The notes under the pieces: generated by a model | Database searches by the model: none | Seen by the model: only the letters and a program-made list of their open reading frames with translations | Told to the model about the DNA's origin: nothing | Part shown: positions 1 through 8,718 of the stretch, one piece after another | Numbering within the stretch: position 1 is the first letter of the stretch | Layout of the letters: every line of letters starts with the position of its first letter | Program-made: the position numbers and the translations under genes | Assembly (NCBI GenBank): GCA_964563795.1 | Contig: CAZLYB010000013.1 | Span: 3,107-67,106 of the forward strand | Direction: 5' to 3' | Source: an uncultured Bacteriovoracaceae bacterium | Lineage (GTDB): Bacteria > Bdellovibrionota > UBA1018 | Length of the DNA: 64,000 bases

Positions 1-501
1 ACGCTTCCTCAACCCCGGGAGGCCATCGGGCCGAGTCATGAACTCATGGCTGAAACCCGTCTTGATCTCCGGGACCGTTGAAAGATCGCTGATGCGTCTG
101 AGCTTTTTTCGCTCCGCGTATTCGCGCCGAACAGCCAGCGCGTAAGTGTTATTGAACCCCAAGGGTCGGCTCATCACGAGATCCATCGGCTTCAAGCGGG
201 CTGAAATCTCGTCGAAGCTTCGAATCGTCGGATCCTTTAAAATCGCTTCGGCGATCGTACCGGTGTATTCGGGGTAAAAATCCACCGCTCCGCTCAATAA
301 GGATTGGACTAAAATTCCCGTGGCGCCCATTCCCAGCTTGCGATCCGCTTGAGCTTCTCCAGCCGCATCCACACGCTGCGCAAAAATCTCGGCCAACACG
401 TAACTCTCGGTGAAAATCTTTGAACCCACGATCGCGTGGGGTTTTTCAGCCCGGCATAGAACGCTGAAAATCAATCCAAATCCAATGACTGCCCCCCTCA
501 T
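1..501 (-). CDS. Glycine-betaine/osmoprotectant ABC transporter substrate-binding protein (OpuAC/ProX family); 3' end runs off the window
   Basis: Reverse translation from the ATG at 499-501 gives MRGAVIGFGLIFSVLCRAEKPHAIVGSKIFTESYVLAEI...DFYPEYTGTIAEAILKDPT. It has a signal-peptide-like N-terminus and the YPEYTG motif of OpuAC-type binding proteins. The start overlaps the upstream ATPase stop (ATGA). The product is not in the ORF track because it is truncated by the window edge. Confidence 0.6.
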   Translation of the reverse strand, partial: MRGAVIGFGLIFSVLCRAEKPHAIVGSKIFTESYVLAEIFAQRVDAAGEAQADRKLGMGATGILVQSLLSGAVDFYPEYTGTIAEAILKDPTIRSFDEISARLKPMDLVMSRPLGFNNTYALAVRREYAERKKLRRISDLSTVPEIKTGFSHEFMTRPDGLPGLRKR

Positions 502-1277
502 AAAAAAGCCTCGATCAACCACTGAGAAGGTTTTTGAGCATTGAGGAATTCAGTGATGAACGGAGTCGCTGGATTTCTCGCTAAATCCGAAAAATCCCCA
601 TGCTGCTCGATTTTTCCACGATGAATCAACGTTACCGTATGCCCAAAGAAAGCGGCCTCATTGATGTTGTGAGTCACCAAAACCACGGTTTTTCCCAAAA
701 TGCCGAAAATGCGCTTGAGCTCCCCCTGCAAATTTGAACGGGCAATCGGGTCCAAGGCTTCCAAAGGTTCATCCAAAAGCAAATAAGCGGGATCCAGCAT
801 GAGGGCTCGCATGACTCCCACTCGCTGACGTTGCCCACCGCTCAGCTGTTTGGGATAACGCATTAATAGACTTGGCTCCAAACCAATGAGGCTCGAAAGC
901 TCGCTGAGCCGGCTCATCACTCGGGCGCTCTCCCATTTCGCGACCCGCGCCGCCAAGGTCACGTTCTCTCCCGCTGTTAAATGCGGAAAAAGCCCGCCAT
1001 CCTGAATGACATAACCCACTTGCTGGGCGAGCTCAAGCTGATGAGACCGATCCATCTGCGTCTCCCCTAGGAAAATGCTCCCTGAATCAGGCTGGACGAG
1101 ACCCAATATCAAGCGAAGCAAAGTGGATTTCCCACACCCGCTTTCACCCAGTAGGACATGAGTTTTTCCTCGATCCAACTTCAGGGAAAACTGATCAAGG
1201 ACTTTTCTCCGCCCAAAACTTTTTGAGATTTTTTCTAGTTTGATCATGGAGCGAGCCGCGACCATAGCGTGTTCCAT
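498..1277 (-). CDS. ABC transporter ATP-binding protein (osmoprotectant/glycine-betaine type)
   Basis: Walker A GESGCGKST, ABC signature LSGGQRQRVGVMRAL and Walker B LLLDEPLEALD are all present. It is translationally coupled to the downstream substrate-binding-protein gene. The true start may instead be the internal Met at MIKLEKISKSF (around 1247). Confidence 0.85.
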   Translation of the reverse strand: MEHAMVAARSMIKLEKISKSFGRRKVLDQFSLKLDRGKTHVLLGESGCGKSTLLRLILGLVQPDSGSIFLGETQMDRSHQLELAQQVGYVIQDGGLFPHLTAGENVTLAARVAKWESARVMSRLSELSSLIGLEPSLLMRYPKQLSGGQRQRVGVMRALMLDPAYLLLDEPLEALDPIARSNLQGELKRIFGILGKTVVLVTHNINEAAFFGHTVTLIHRGKIEQHGDFSDLARNPATPFITEFLNAQKPSQWLIEAFL

Positions 1278-1410
1278 TTAATTTTTCCAGGGAAGGATGG
1301 AAGCGGCGGGAAATCCACGAATCCGGTCAAAATCTTTATTAAGAGAAAGCGATTAAATTTTTTTAAATAAATACTATAAAATAACTTAATTTCGTGCGAT
1401 AGACTTCATC

Positions 1411-1797
1411 ATGGAACATTCTTGCACCGTTGTCACTGTGGCGACTTTCAATACGGTCATGGAAGCGGAATTGGCGAAAACGATGCTCCAGGCCGAAGGC
1501 ATTGAGGCGTTTGTGGCGGATGCGCACACGATCTCGGTGAACCCGCTCTACTCCAATGCGCTGGGCGGTGTGAAGATTCAAGTCGCGGCACGGGATCTCG
1601 AGCAAGCGCGGATTCTTCTCATTAGGGAGCCGACAGCGGAATCTTTAAATGAGGATCTCTCAACTTGCCCCCGGTGCGGCGATCCACTTCAAGTAAAGGA
1701 AAAGGGTCGCTGGGGGGTACTCCTGGCAACCTTCTTGGCGGGAATTCCCCTGGCGATTCGAAAGAAAACTCGGACCTGCCCTCGCTGCAACAAGTGA
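1411..1797 (+). CDS. Small DUF2007-like protein with a C-terminal CxxC...CxxC zinc ribbon
   Basis: 128-aa ORF. The N-terminal ~70 aa resemble the DUF2007/putative signal-transducing fold, and two CPRC motifs are spaced 35 aa apart. The upstream region is AT-rich and shared with the divergent ABC operon. Confidence 0.5.
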   Translation: MEHSCTVVTVATFNTVMEAELAKTMLQAEGIEAFVADAHTISVNPLYSNALGGVKIQVAARDLEQARILLIREPTAESLNEDLSTCPRCGDPLQVKEKGRWGVLLATFLAGIPLAIRKKTRTCPRCNK

Positions 1798-1885
1798 GCA
1801 GCGCGAAGCGCCAGCCGAACGGCGCCGTTGCCTTGGCAACGGGAGAACCTCTCGCTCGGAATTTTTTCGCGTGACGCAAAAAATT

Positions 1886-1963
1886 TGGTCGGGGCAGCAG
1901 GATTCGAACCTGCGACCCCCTGCTCCCAAAGCAGGTGCGCTAGCCAGGCTGCGCTATGCCCCG
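1886..1963 (-). tRNA. tRNA-Pro (anticodon TGG)
   Basis: The reverse complement is CGGGGCATAGCGCAGCCTGGCTAGCGCACCTGCTTTGGGAGCAGGGGGTCGCAGGTTCGAATCCTGCTGCCCCGACCA. It folds as a cloverleaf with a 7-bp acceptor stem, anticodon loop TTTGGGA (TGG), T-loop TTCGAAT and an encoded CCA. Confidence 0.85.
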
Positions 1964-2084
1964 ACGAAAAAGAGGTTGCACTGTAGCCAATCTCCTCCTG
2001 AAGCACAAGCCCGACGCCGAGTCGCCTAAAAATAAATCCTGCTTGCCGCTCCAGCCCGCTTCAAGATAGGCTCAATTCAGCATC

Positions 2085-2309
2085 ATGTCCCACATTGACC
2101 AGCAAAAATACCTGCAAATCCTCAAAGACCGTGGCGTGGAGCCCGCCTTGACCGCTCTCCACCGAGACTTGAATTTATTGGAAATTGAAGCTTTTGAAGG
2201 CCCAGGAGGGTACGACCCCGATCTACTCCGCCAAATTGATGAGCTCAGGGTCTTTTCGAGGGATTTGTGGAAGTCGGCATTGAATCAGGGATCTTCTTCG
2301 TCCGGATAA
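2085..2309 (+). CDS. Hypothetical small protein (74 aa); doubtful
   Basis: The ORF overlaps the convergent 2245-2715 gene by 65 nt and has no recognisable motifs. It may be spurious. Confidence 0.2.
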   Translation: MSHIDQQKYLQILKDRGVEPALTALHRDLNLLEIEAFEGPGGYDPDLLRQIDELRVFSRDLWKSALNQGSSSSG

Positions 2310-2715
2310 GCCCTTTTTTCTCAAGCTGACGAGTAGCTTCAATCAGCTTCAGCTGGGCGCCGCCCACCTCGGCAAGACCTACATTCATATTCCAAAGATC
2401 TTTGACTTCAGCCGCGATTCTCGCGGGCGCGCACCGAAGCCAGGATGTCTTAACCGCATCATCCGCATTTTTAGTGGCCAGCGCGATCACTCGGGCAGGA
2501 GCTTTGCTGAGGAGCTCAGCGAGTTCCATCTCCGGAAGACTCAAAATCGTTTCAAACGTGATCACATATTCAAGAACGAGAGAGGTAAATTCGGGGTCTT
2601 CCTGCTGCCCCACCTCAATCATTTTTTTTCTTCTCGCCGAGGGCGTGGTCTCCACTAACTCCACCAGCGATCGGAACCCCTCAGGACTGCGCTTAAAGCG
2701 GCTATAGACACCCAT
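2245..2715 (-). CDS. FliG C-terminal-domain-like protein (single-domain, orphan)
   Basis: 156 aa. The segment EMELAELLSKAPARVIALATKNADDAVKTSWL followed by AEVKDLWNMNVGLAEVGGAQLKLIEATRQLEKKGLI follows the FliG_C/MgtE_N helical pattern (…RLSDVEEAQ..IV…LEE.GEI). There are no flagellar genes nearby. Confidence 0.45.
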   Translation of the reverse strand: MGVYSRFKRSPEGFRSLVELVETTPSARRKKMIEVGQQEDPEFTSLVLEYVITFETILSLPEMELAELLSKAPARVIALATKNADDAVKTSWLRCAPARIAAEVKDLWNMNVGLAEVGGAQLKLIEATRQLEKKGLIRTKKIPDSMPTSTNPSKRP

Positions 2716-2736
2716 ATGATGGATTTCAAGTATGCT

Positions 2737-3234
2737 TCAGTTTTCAGAGTTTGTCATCTGATCACGTTCTTTTTGAAACACTCCGGACCCGGAAATTAAA
2801 TCATGAAGCGCCCGTTTATCAGGATGAATCAAGGCCATGAGATATCCCGTTGCGAACGGAAGAGCTGAGATTCCATAACCGACGTATCGAAGGGTGGATT
2901 GCTTGAGCGTGATGGGCGCGAAGGTCTTGAGATCCAAAACCTCAAGTTTAAAAAGGGATTTGCCAAAAGTCGTCTGATAATGGGCGTGACCGTAAACATA
3001 ATAAAAAGTCGCTGAAACCGTATATAAAATGAGATTGATGATTTGAAACAGGAGGGAATCAACCGCCACCCCCGCCTCGCCCGCACCCCGAAGGATACCC
3101 ACCCAGAATAGAATCCCCAGAATCATCCACTCCAGGAGCAGACTGACGAGGGTCAGTAAGATCGTATCGATGAGGCATGCGAAAAATCGAACCCAAAAAC
3201 CGGCATTTTTCCTGTTCTTCATGAATTCACCCAT
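2737..3234 (-). CDS. RDD-family membrane protein
   Basis: 165 aa with 3 predicted TM segments, an N-terminal WVRFFACLIDTIL stretch and a C-terminal HPDKRALHDLISGS segment, all typical of RDD-domain proteins. Confidence 0.65.
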   Translation of the reverse strand: MGEFMKNRKNAGFWVRFFACLIDTILLTLVSLLLEWMILGILFWVGILRGAGEAGVAVDSLLFQIINLILYTVSATFYYVYGHAHYQTTFGKSLFKLEVLDLKTFAPITLKQSTLRYVGYGISALPFATGYLMALIHPDKRALHDLISGSGVFQKERDQMTNSEN

Positions 3235-4360
3235 TTGCGATCTGGCTGATCACAGCCACAACGATGATATAGGACCAAAGCGGAAACTCACGGATCCGAA
3301 TTGAAAATAAAAGCAAACCGAACCCAACCCAGGCTACCCACACGGGCCAACCTGGAGCAAAGGGAGCATTCAATACTGGGCCCGCCAATCTCAGAAGACT
3401 CCCCAAGATTCCTCCGATCACCGCGGGAATGGCGGCCTCGATGAAAGAGCGGAATCGAGGACTTTTCCCCAAGCGCTCCCAAAGCCGAGGGAGCAGAATA
3501 AGCACATTGATGAAAGAGGGGATGAAAACCCCTAAAGTAGCCAAGATCGCGCCTCCCCACCCCATCACTAAGTATCCAATGAAAGTCACCGTCATCACGA
3601 CGGGACCCGGCGTCACTTGCCCTAGAGCAAGCCCATCCATGAATTGAGCATGAGTCAACCAATGCCTGCGACTCACCACCTCCCCCTCAAGGAGTGGAAT
3701 AATCGCCAAGCCACTCCCAAAAATTACAGCACCCGCCTTGAAACAAAGCCAAAATAAAGCGAGAGCGGGCTGCTCGAGGCCCGTTCCCCAAAACCCCACG
3801 CTGCGAAGCTTTCTTTGCGAGAGGCGTCCCTGAATCCACTGATAAAGGGAAAAACGATAAGCGTAAACTACTCCCCAACCGATGATCAACGCCGGCTCCA
3901 AGGCGGGATTCCAAATCACGGCCCCTGCGCTGCTCAACATTGCCATCCAAAAGATCGCGCGCTTCGGCTGGCCTTGCGCGAAACGCAGCAAAGAAATCAC
4001 CATCACGACCAATGCACCGATCTGCATCCCATGAAACCAAGCCGAAAAAGACTGTGCCCATCCCCAGGCCTGATAAGCATGGGCAAAAATCAACAAAAGG
4101 GCGAAGCACGGAAGAATGAATGCGATCCCTGCCACGGCCCCTCCTTTGATTCCCCGGCGTTCACGGCCGATCGCCAAAGCGAGTTGAGTGGCCACGGGGC
4201 CGGGCAAGATTTTGCAAATCGCGTAGAGCTCTTGAAATCGCCCGGGGCTCACCCAACGCCTTCGAGCGCAAAACTCCCGCTCCATCATCGCCATGGTCGC
4301 CACTGGCCCCCCGAATCCAGTGCAGCCTAATATGAAAAAAGACTTAAAAATCTCGAGCAT
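3227..4360 (-). CDS. chrA: Chromate transporter ChrA (CHR family, two-domain long form)
   Basis: 377 aa and polytopic. The GFGGPVATMAMMEREF motif is present near the N-terminus and is repeated in the second half (the FIPS...GG.LG region). Confidence 0.8.
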   Translation of the reverse strand: MLEIFKSFFILGCTGFGGPVATMAMMEREFCARRRWVSPGRFQELYAICKILPGPVATQLALAIGRERRGIKGGAVAGIAFILPCFALLLIFAHAYQAWGWAQSFSAWFHGMQIGALVVMVISLLRFAQGQPKRAIFWMAMLSSAGAVIWNPALEPALIIGWGVVYAYRFSLYQWIQGRLSQRKLRSVGFWGTGLEQPALALFWLCFKAGAVIFGSGLAIIPLLEGEVVSRRHWLTHAQFMDGLALGQVTPGPVVMTVTFIGYLVMGWGGAILATLGVFIPSFINVLILLPRLWERLGKSPRFRSFIEAAIPAVIGGILGSLLRLAGPVLNAPFAPGWPVWVAWVGFGLLLFSIRIREFPLWSYIIVVAVISQIANG

Positions 4361-4378
4361 TCCCCATTTCCTGGTGAA

Positions 4379-4407
4379 TTGACAGGTCGACCCTCTTCAC
4401 AGTATAT
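4379..4407 (+). promoter_or_regulatory. Candidate sigma70 promoter for tatA
   Basis: TTGACA at 4379-4384, a 17-nt spacer, then GTATAT at 4402-4407. The ATG lies 9 nt downstream, so the leader is very short. Confidence 0.35.
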
Positions 4408-4416
4408 CGTAAGACT

Positions 4417-4680
4417 ATGTTTGGAATATCAGGTGAGCATCTTTTAGTCCTGGGGATAATTCTCGTCATTTTTGGTCCCCGCAGGCTTCCTGAGCTGGGA
4501 AATACTCTGGGGAAAGCCATCCGCAACTTCAAGGATTCCTTAGCTGGAGTTGAAGACGCTCAATTTAGAAGGATTGATGAAGCAGCTGCAGAGAAGAAAA
4601 AAGCGCAGGCGGCGCAAACCGCCGCAGCTTCCTCCGCCGCGAACCCCGCTTCTTCTGAAACACCTTCCCCCTCCGCATGA
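4417..4680 (+). CDS. tatA: Twin-arginine translocase subunit TatA/E
   Basis: MFGISGEHLLVLGIILVIFGPRRLPELGNTLGKAIRNFK matches the TatA TM helix, hinge and amphipathic helix. The C-terminal tail is rich in Ala, Pro and Ser. Confidence 0.85.
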   Translation: MFGISGEHLLVLGIILVIFGPRRLPELGNTLGKAIRNFKDSLAGVEDAQFRRIDEAAAEKKKAQAAQTAAASSAANPASSETPSPSA

Positions 4681-5222
4681 GCACGCTTTCATTCGATAAT
4701 AAAAACTTCACGAAGTACCTCAATCGCTACGAAATCGACGCCGCAGTCCAATCTGTCGCAAATCGACTGAATGCCGACTATGAGGGGAAGAAAGTCCTCC
4801 TGGTCTGCGTTTTGAAGGGAGCGATCGTTTTTCTCGCGGATTTGGTCAGGCACCTCAAGATTGAGAATGAAGTGGAATTTGTTCGGCTCTCGAGTTACGG
4901 CAAGGCGCGAACTTCAAGCGGGACCGTGACCATCCTCAAGGACATTCAAGCGGATATCCGCGATCAGCATGTTCTCATCATCGAGGAAATCATCGATAGC
5001 GGCCGAACGCTGCGCTTTCTCTATGATCGGCTGAAGGCCTCAAAACCCGCCTCCGTCGAAATCGTGACCCTGCTTGATAAGTCTGCGAAACGCGTCGTGG
5101 AGGTCCCGGTGAAATACATCGGCCGCACCATCGAGGATCAGTTTCTCGTGGGTTACGGGCTTGACCTCGAAGAGCGCTGCCGCAATATGCCGGATATCTA
5201 TTATCTGAAGTATCCGAATTGA
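4677..5222 (+). CDS. hpt: Hypoxanthine-guanine phosphoribosyltransferase
   Basis: The PRPP-binding motif VLIIEEIIDSGRTL is present, and the KVLLVCVLKGAIVFLADLVRHL stretch is typical of HPRT. The start overlaps the tatA stop (ATGA). Confidence 0.9.
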   Translation: MSTLSFDNKNFTKYLNRYEIDAAVQSVANRLNADYEGKKVLLVCVLKGAIVFLADLVRHLKIENEVEFVRLSSYGKARTSSGTVTILKDIQADIRDQHVLIIEEIIDSGRTLRFLYDRLKASKPASVEIVTLLDKSAKRVVEVPVKYIGRTIEDQFLVGYGLDLEERCRNMPDIYYLKYPN

Positions 5223-5342
5223 TTCATCTCCTCTTAATCACCCCTTTGGGTTGGCGGGTGGTGAGCATCCCTGCTCCTTGAGCTTGCCGTCGTGGCAAGC
5301 TCTTTCAACCCGCACCAAAGGGGTGATTAAGAGGAGATGAAT
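5222..5342. repeat. 121-bp element bounded by 28-bp perfect inverted repeats (ATTCATCTCCTCTTAATCACCCCTTTGG), with an internal hairpin
   Basis: Arm 5222-5249 is the exact reverse complement of arm 5315-5342. The 65-nt interior contains a second hairpin, GCTTGCC-GTCGT-GGCAAGC, at 5283-5301. The element lies between the convergent hpt and gpsA stops. Confidence 0.6.
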
Positions 5343-5379
5343 GAGTAGATTGAATGACTCCTTAGAAAAGGCGCTGCTC

Positions 5380-6399
5380 TTATCCCTCGACGATCATGTC
5401 GCTCACCATGAGCTGCTTGAGCACTTCGGATGCGGGTTGCTCACCCCGCAGCATGCGATGAACGCCTTGCGTGATGGGCATCGGAATGCCGTGCGCTTCC
5501 GCGTACTCCCAGACGATTTCGGTCGTGCGCACTCCTTCGGCCGTGCTTCCCAATGTAGCGAGCACTTGCTCCAGCCTCTGCCCTTGGGCGATTTGAAATC
5601 CCACGCGGTAATTTCTACTCTGCGAACTCCCGCACGTGGCGAGCAGATCCCCCACCCCCGCCAGGCTCAAAAATGTCTCCACATCGGCGCCGAGCGCCTT
5701 ACCGAAGCGCACCATCTCGGCAAGACCGCGCGTGATCAACATCGCTCGGGCGTTCCATCCGAGCTTCAACGCATCCAACGCTCCTGAAGCGATGGCCAGA
5801 ATGTTTTTCAACGTTCCCGCCCACTCCACGCCAATCACATCAGGGGAGGGGTAAGCCCGAAAAAGGGGGGAAGTCAAAAGCGCGCTCCCCGCTTCAATCA
5901 CTTCTTCGAAGTTCGACGCGACGACCGTCGCGGCGGGCTCTCCGCGCGAGATCTCGTGGGCGAGGTTGGGGCCGCTCAAGACGCCGATCCGGCGCACTGG
6001 AAGCTCCTCCAATAAGACCTCCGAAATGCGTTTCATCGACTTTTGCTCAATCCCCTTCGTGGCATGAATGACGATTTCATCGCCCTGGAAGAATGAGCTG
6101 AATTTCCGGGCAGCCTCCCGGGTAGCGGCCGAGGGAAGCACCCAAAACACCAGGCGAACCCCTCCTTCGAAGACCCGCGACGGATCGCTGGAGGCGATGA
6201 TCTGGGAATGGAGCTTCATCTCAGGCAGGTAGCGCGAATGAATGCGAGTCGCATTGATCGAGCGGGCCGCCTCATCATCCCGCAGCCATAGACGCACATC
6301 CCGGCAATGGGGCGCTGCCAACTGCGCGACGCACGTCCCCCAACTCCCCGCTCCGATGACCGCGATGCTCGCGTTAGGCCAAAAATCCTTTTTCGTCAT
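5380..6399 (-). CDS. gpsA: NAD(P)H-dependent glycerol-3-phosphate dehydrogenase
   Basis: N-terminal Rossmann motif IAVIGAGSWGT. The protein is 339 aa, and the typical GpsA core (…LSGPNLAHEI…) is conserved. Confidence 0.9.
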   Translation of the reverse strand: MTKKDFWPNASIAVIGAGSWGTCVAQLAAPHCRDVRLWLRDDEAARSINATRIHSRYLPEMKLHSQIIASSDPSRVFEGGVRLVFWVLPSAATREAARKFSSFFQGDEIVIHATKGIEQKSMKRISEVLLEELPVRRIGVLSGPNLAHEISRGEPAATVVASNFEEVIEAGSALLTSPLFRAYPSPDVIGVEWAGTLKNILAIASGALDALKLGWNARAMLITRGLAEMVRFGKALGADVETFLSLAGVGDLLATCGSSQSRNYRVGFQIAQGQRLEQVLATLGSTAEGVRTTEIVWEYAEAHGIPMPITQGVHRMLRGEQPASEVLKQLMVSDMIVEG

Positions 6400-8110
6400 A
6401 CTTGCCTGGCCCTTTCCACGGCCCTTCCCGCTCGGCTAAAAGCGAGAGGCCATAACCGCTTAACCGGTTGCGGTAGTAATAGAGGAGCGGGAGATCCTCG
6501 GTCCAGACCTCACCTTCCTTAATTTTCAAAACCGCCGCTTCATGGAAAAGACCCAGTTGCTCCGCGCCTTCCATGAGCCACTGCTCCACCGTTTTTCCGT
6601 GAAACTCGCGCGAAAGCCTGAAATCTCCACCCGCCGCCCGCTCTTGGATCAGCTCGTAAAGTTGCTCGGTGAAAGCGAGGAACTCGGGCAGCGGGACTGA
6701 GCGCTGAGCCATGGAGAGCCTGAGAAAGCGGTAAAGATCCAAGTCGGGGTATTTGCGCCTCAGGAATTCAAAAAATGCGAACGCCGCGAGATGGGACGTG
6801 AGCAAGGTATTTTCATGATAAAATCGGCTTACGAGACGGTCCCCCAGCTCCCGCGTGTACTCCTGATCCCTCAGCGACTCCGCCTTCAGCTCCCCATCGG
6901 TCGTCAACCACCGGATGGGATCGATCACTCGTCCATGCGGACCCACGGAACGGCCCTCATCGTCCACGAAATTGCCAAAGACATCTAAGGGACGCCCGAT
7001 GCGCACGGTAATCCCGCTGCGCGAGGAGAACAGCTTCCAAAAAAAATGCAGGACTTTGCGGTACTGCCATGAGTCATCCTCGACGGCGAGGAATCGATGC
7101 TTTCCCGCTTCGGCGAGGTGATCTTCGATGAGCGAGCTCGCTTCCAGAACGAAGTGATAACTCGTCACCATGGGCACCACGTAAATATTGGGCTTCGCCA
7201 CGCCCTGCATGTGATTCCTCAGCTGAGCCTCGAGTCCAGTGCCGAGAAGGCCCAATTTGAGTTTGGATTCAATCGCCCCGCTGCGCGAACGGCCCCCGCC
7301 CGGGAAAAAAATGGAATGGATCCCTTCGCTCAAAATCCGGACGCTATAGTTCTTTAAGGTTTGTTTATAAAGCTTCGCGGATTTGGCGCGGTCCACCGTG
7401 TAAGCCCCCAGTCTGCCCATGAAAAAACTGAGAACCGGGTTTGAAAACAAGTTCAAACCGGCCCCATAGGCGAATGGGGGCAGCCCCATGAGGTAGATCA
7501 CGTAGCCGATGAGGATGCTGTCGATGTTGCTCTGGTGCGTGGGGACGAGGAGGACGGTCCCGCGCTCGGCGAGTTTCCTCAGAAGAGCGACTTCACCCTG
7601 AATCTCCAGCCGAGACTGCAGGGACTGGGTCATTTTCCATGGCATGAAATGCCTGACGCTCGCCGCGTTCAAGAGCCAATTGAATCCCCAGGGAACGGCG
7701 TTCGTGGCGAACCGATAAATTTTGGGGTCAAAAGAACCGCAAATTTCCTCGGCGTAATGATTCAGAACGGAGTCCAAAAGGGGATTTCGATCGACTTCAA
7801 CCGCGGTTTTGACGAGGCCGCGGTGAATCTGGCCCCATAACATTTGATCGCGCTTGAAACGCCCCTTAGTGAAAAACCCAGGATGCTCACGACGTAAACG
7901 CTGCTTCTCGAGATAGAGCGCTTCCGTCAAAAGCGGCTCAACCGCGGCCCCCTCGAAATCCGCGCGGGTCTGCTCCAGGACATCCCGAATGATCCGGGAG
8001 CGATCCCGCTCGAGCAAGGCGAGAGGATAAGGCACCTCCCCGGCTTCGACGCTCGTCAGAGCGGCCTTGGGATAATCAGGACTAAGTTCCCGGTTTCGAC
8101 TTTTACCCAT
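6374..8110 (-). CDS. Glycerol-3-phosphate acyltransferase, PlsB-like (GPAT family)
   Basis: Acyltransferase block I VPTHQSNIDSIL (H-x4-D) and block III FFPGGGRSRSG are present. The gene overlaps and sits immediately upstream of gpsA, giving a G3P-synthesis/acylation pair. Confidence 0.6.
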   Translation of the reverse strand: MGKSRNRELSPDYPKAALTSVEAGEVPYPLALLERDRSRIIRDVLEQTRADFEGAAVEPLLTEALYLEKQRLRREHPGFFTKGRFKRDQMLWGQIHRGLVKTAVEVDRNPLLDSVLNHYAEEICGSFDPKIYRFATNAVPWGFNWLLNAASVRHFMPWKMTQSLQSRLEIQGEVALLRKLAERGTVLLVPTHQSNIDSILIGYVIYLMGLPPFAYGAGLNLFSNPVLSFFMGRLGAYTVDRAKSAKLYKQTLKNYSVRILSEGIHSIFFPGGGRSRSGAIESKLKLGLLGTGLEAQLRNHMQGVAKPNIYVVPMVTSYHFVLEASSLIEDHLAEAGKHRFLAVEDDSWQYRKVLHFFWKLFSSRSGITVRIGRPLDVFGNFVDDEGRSVGPHGRVIDPIRWLTTDGELKAESLRDQEYTRELGDRLVSRFYHENTLLTSHLAAFAFFEFLRRKYPDLDLYRFLRLSMAQRSVPLPEFLAFTEQLYELIQERAAGGDFRLSREFHGKTVEQWLMEGAEQLGLFHEAAVLKIKEGEVWTEDLPLLYYYRNRLSGYGLSLLAEREGPWKGPGKYDEKGFLA

Positions 8111-8718
8111 ACCCTCTTTGCCTGACTGACATTGCTCAACCCTCTCGAGTCACAGCGAATCCGACCCTTTTTCAAAGGATAGCGCGCTCCTCGAAGATGA
8201 AGCTTTGCGCTTCCACCGATGGGGAAAAGTGAAAAAACCCTTCCCGCACCGAGTTCCCCTGACCAACGGGGGAGTCCCGAGGAGAGAAAATGGTAATCAG
8301 CATCCTCGCCGCGGCTCATCAATGAATGCAGCGAATCCCCGCTTTTACGGGCCGCTTCAGAGCACTCATAAATCATCGCAAGATGCTGATCCGCGCGGCC
8401 CCCCGTGAATCCCCAGGCCTCGATCGACTCGGGACTCATCGCAAGCGCGAACCGGAGAGCCGCGCCCAAATCGCTGATGTTTTTCTCCGGAACTAGGCTC
8501 ACATGTTCTACGCGCTTAAGCAAGCTCCGGGAAGCCAAACTGTCCCAGTCGCCGATGGCGAAATGAATGTTGACTCCCGCTTGATCCGCTCGATCCACTC
8601 CCCCATCCACGGCAACTACGAAATCATCCTCACGAAGCTCCCGGGAGAATGCCCTGGAACGGTAATTCCAAAGGGGACCGATTAAAAGAATGCGCCTCCT
8701 ACCACGCCTCCGTTTCAT
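8056..8718 (-). CDS. Thiamine pyrophosphokinase
   Basis: The motifs VVAVDGG and AIGDWDSL (the GDxDS catalytic motif of the TPK catalytic domain) are present, and the size is about 220 aa. Confidence 0.6.
   Translation of the reverse strand: MKRRRGRRRILLIGPLWNYRSRAFSRELREDDFVVAVDGGVDRADQAGVNIHFAIGDWDSLASRSLLKRVEHVSLVPEKNISDLGAALRFALAMSPESIEAWGFTGGRADQHLAMIYECSEAARKSGDSLHSLMSRGEDADYHFLSSGLPRWSGELGAGRVFSLFPIGGSAKLHLRGARYPLKKGRIRCDSRGLSNVSQAKRVWVKVETGNLVLIIPRPL

Noticed and set aside
1798-1885. Small hairpins (CCGTTGCC-TT-GGCAACGG and TTTTTTCGCGTgaCGCAAAAAA) between the DUF2007 gene and tRNA-Pro
   Set aside because: The stems are short, and no clean U-tract follows on either strand. A weak bidirectional terminator is possible, but not convincing enough to list as a feature.
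5341-5787. 148-aa plus-strand ORF starting inside the inverted-repeat element
   Set aside because: It lies entirely antisense to gpsA (5380-6399), has no Shine-Dalgarno sequence and has low-complexity Arg/His composition. It is a shadow ORF.
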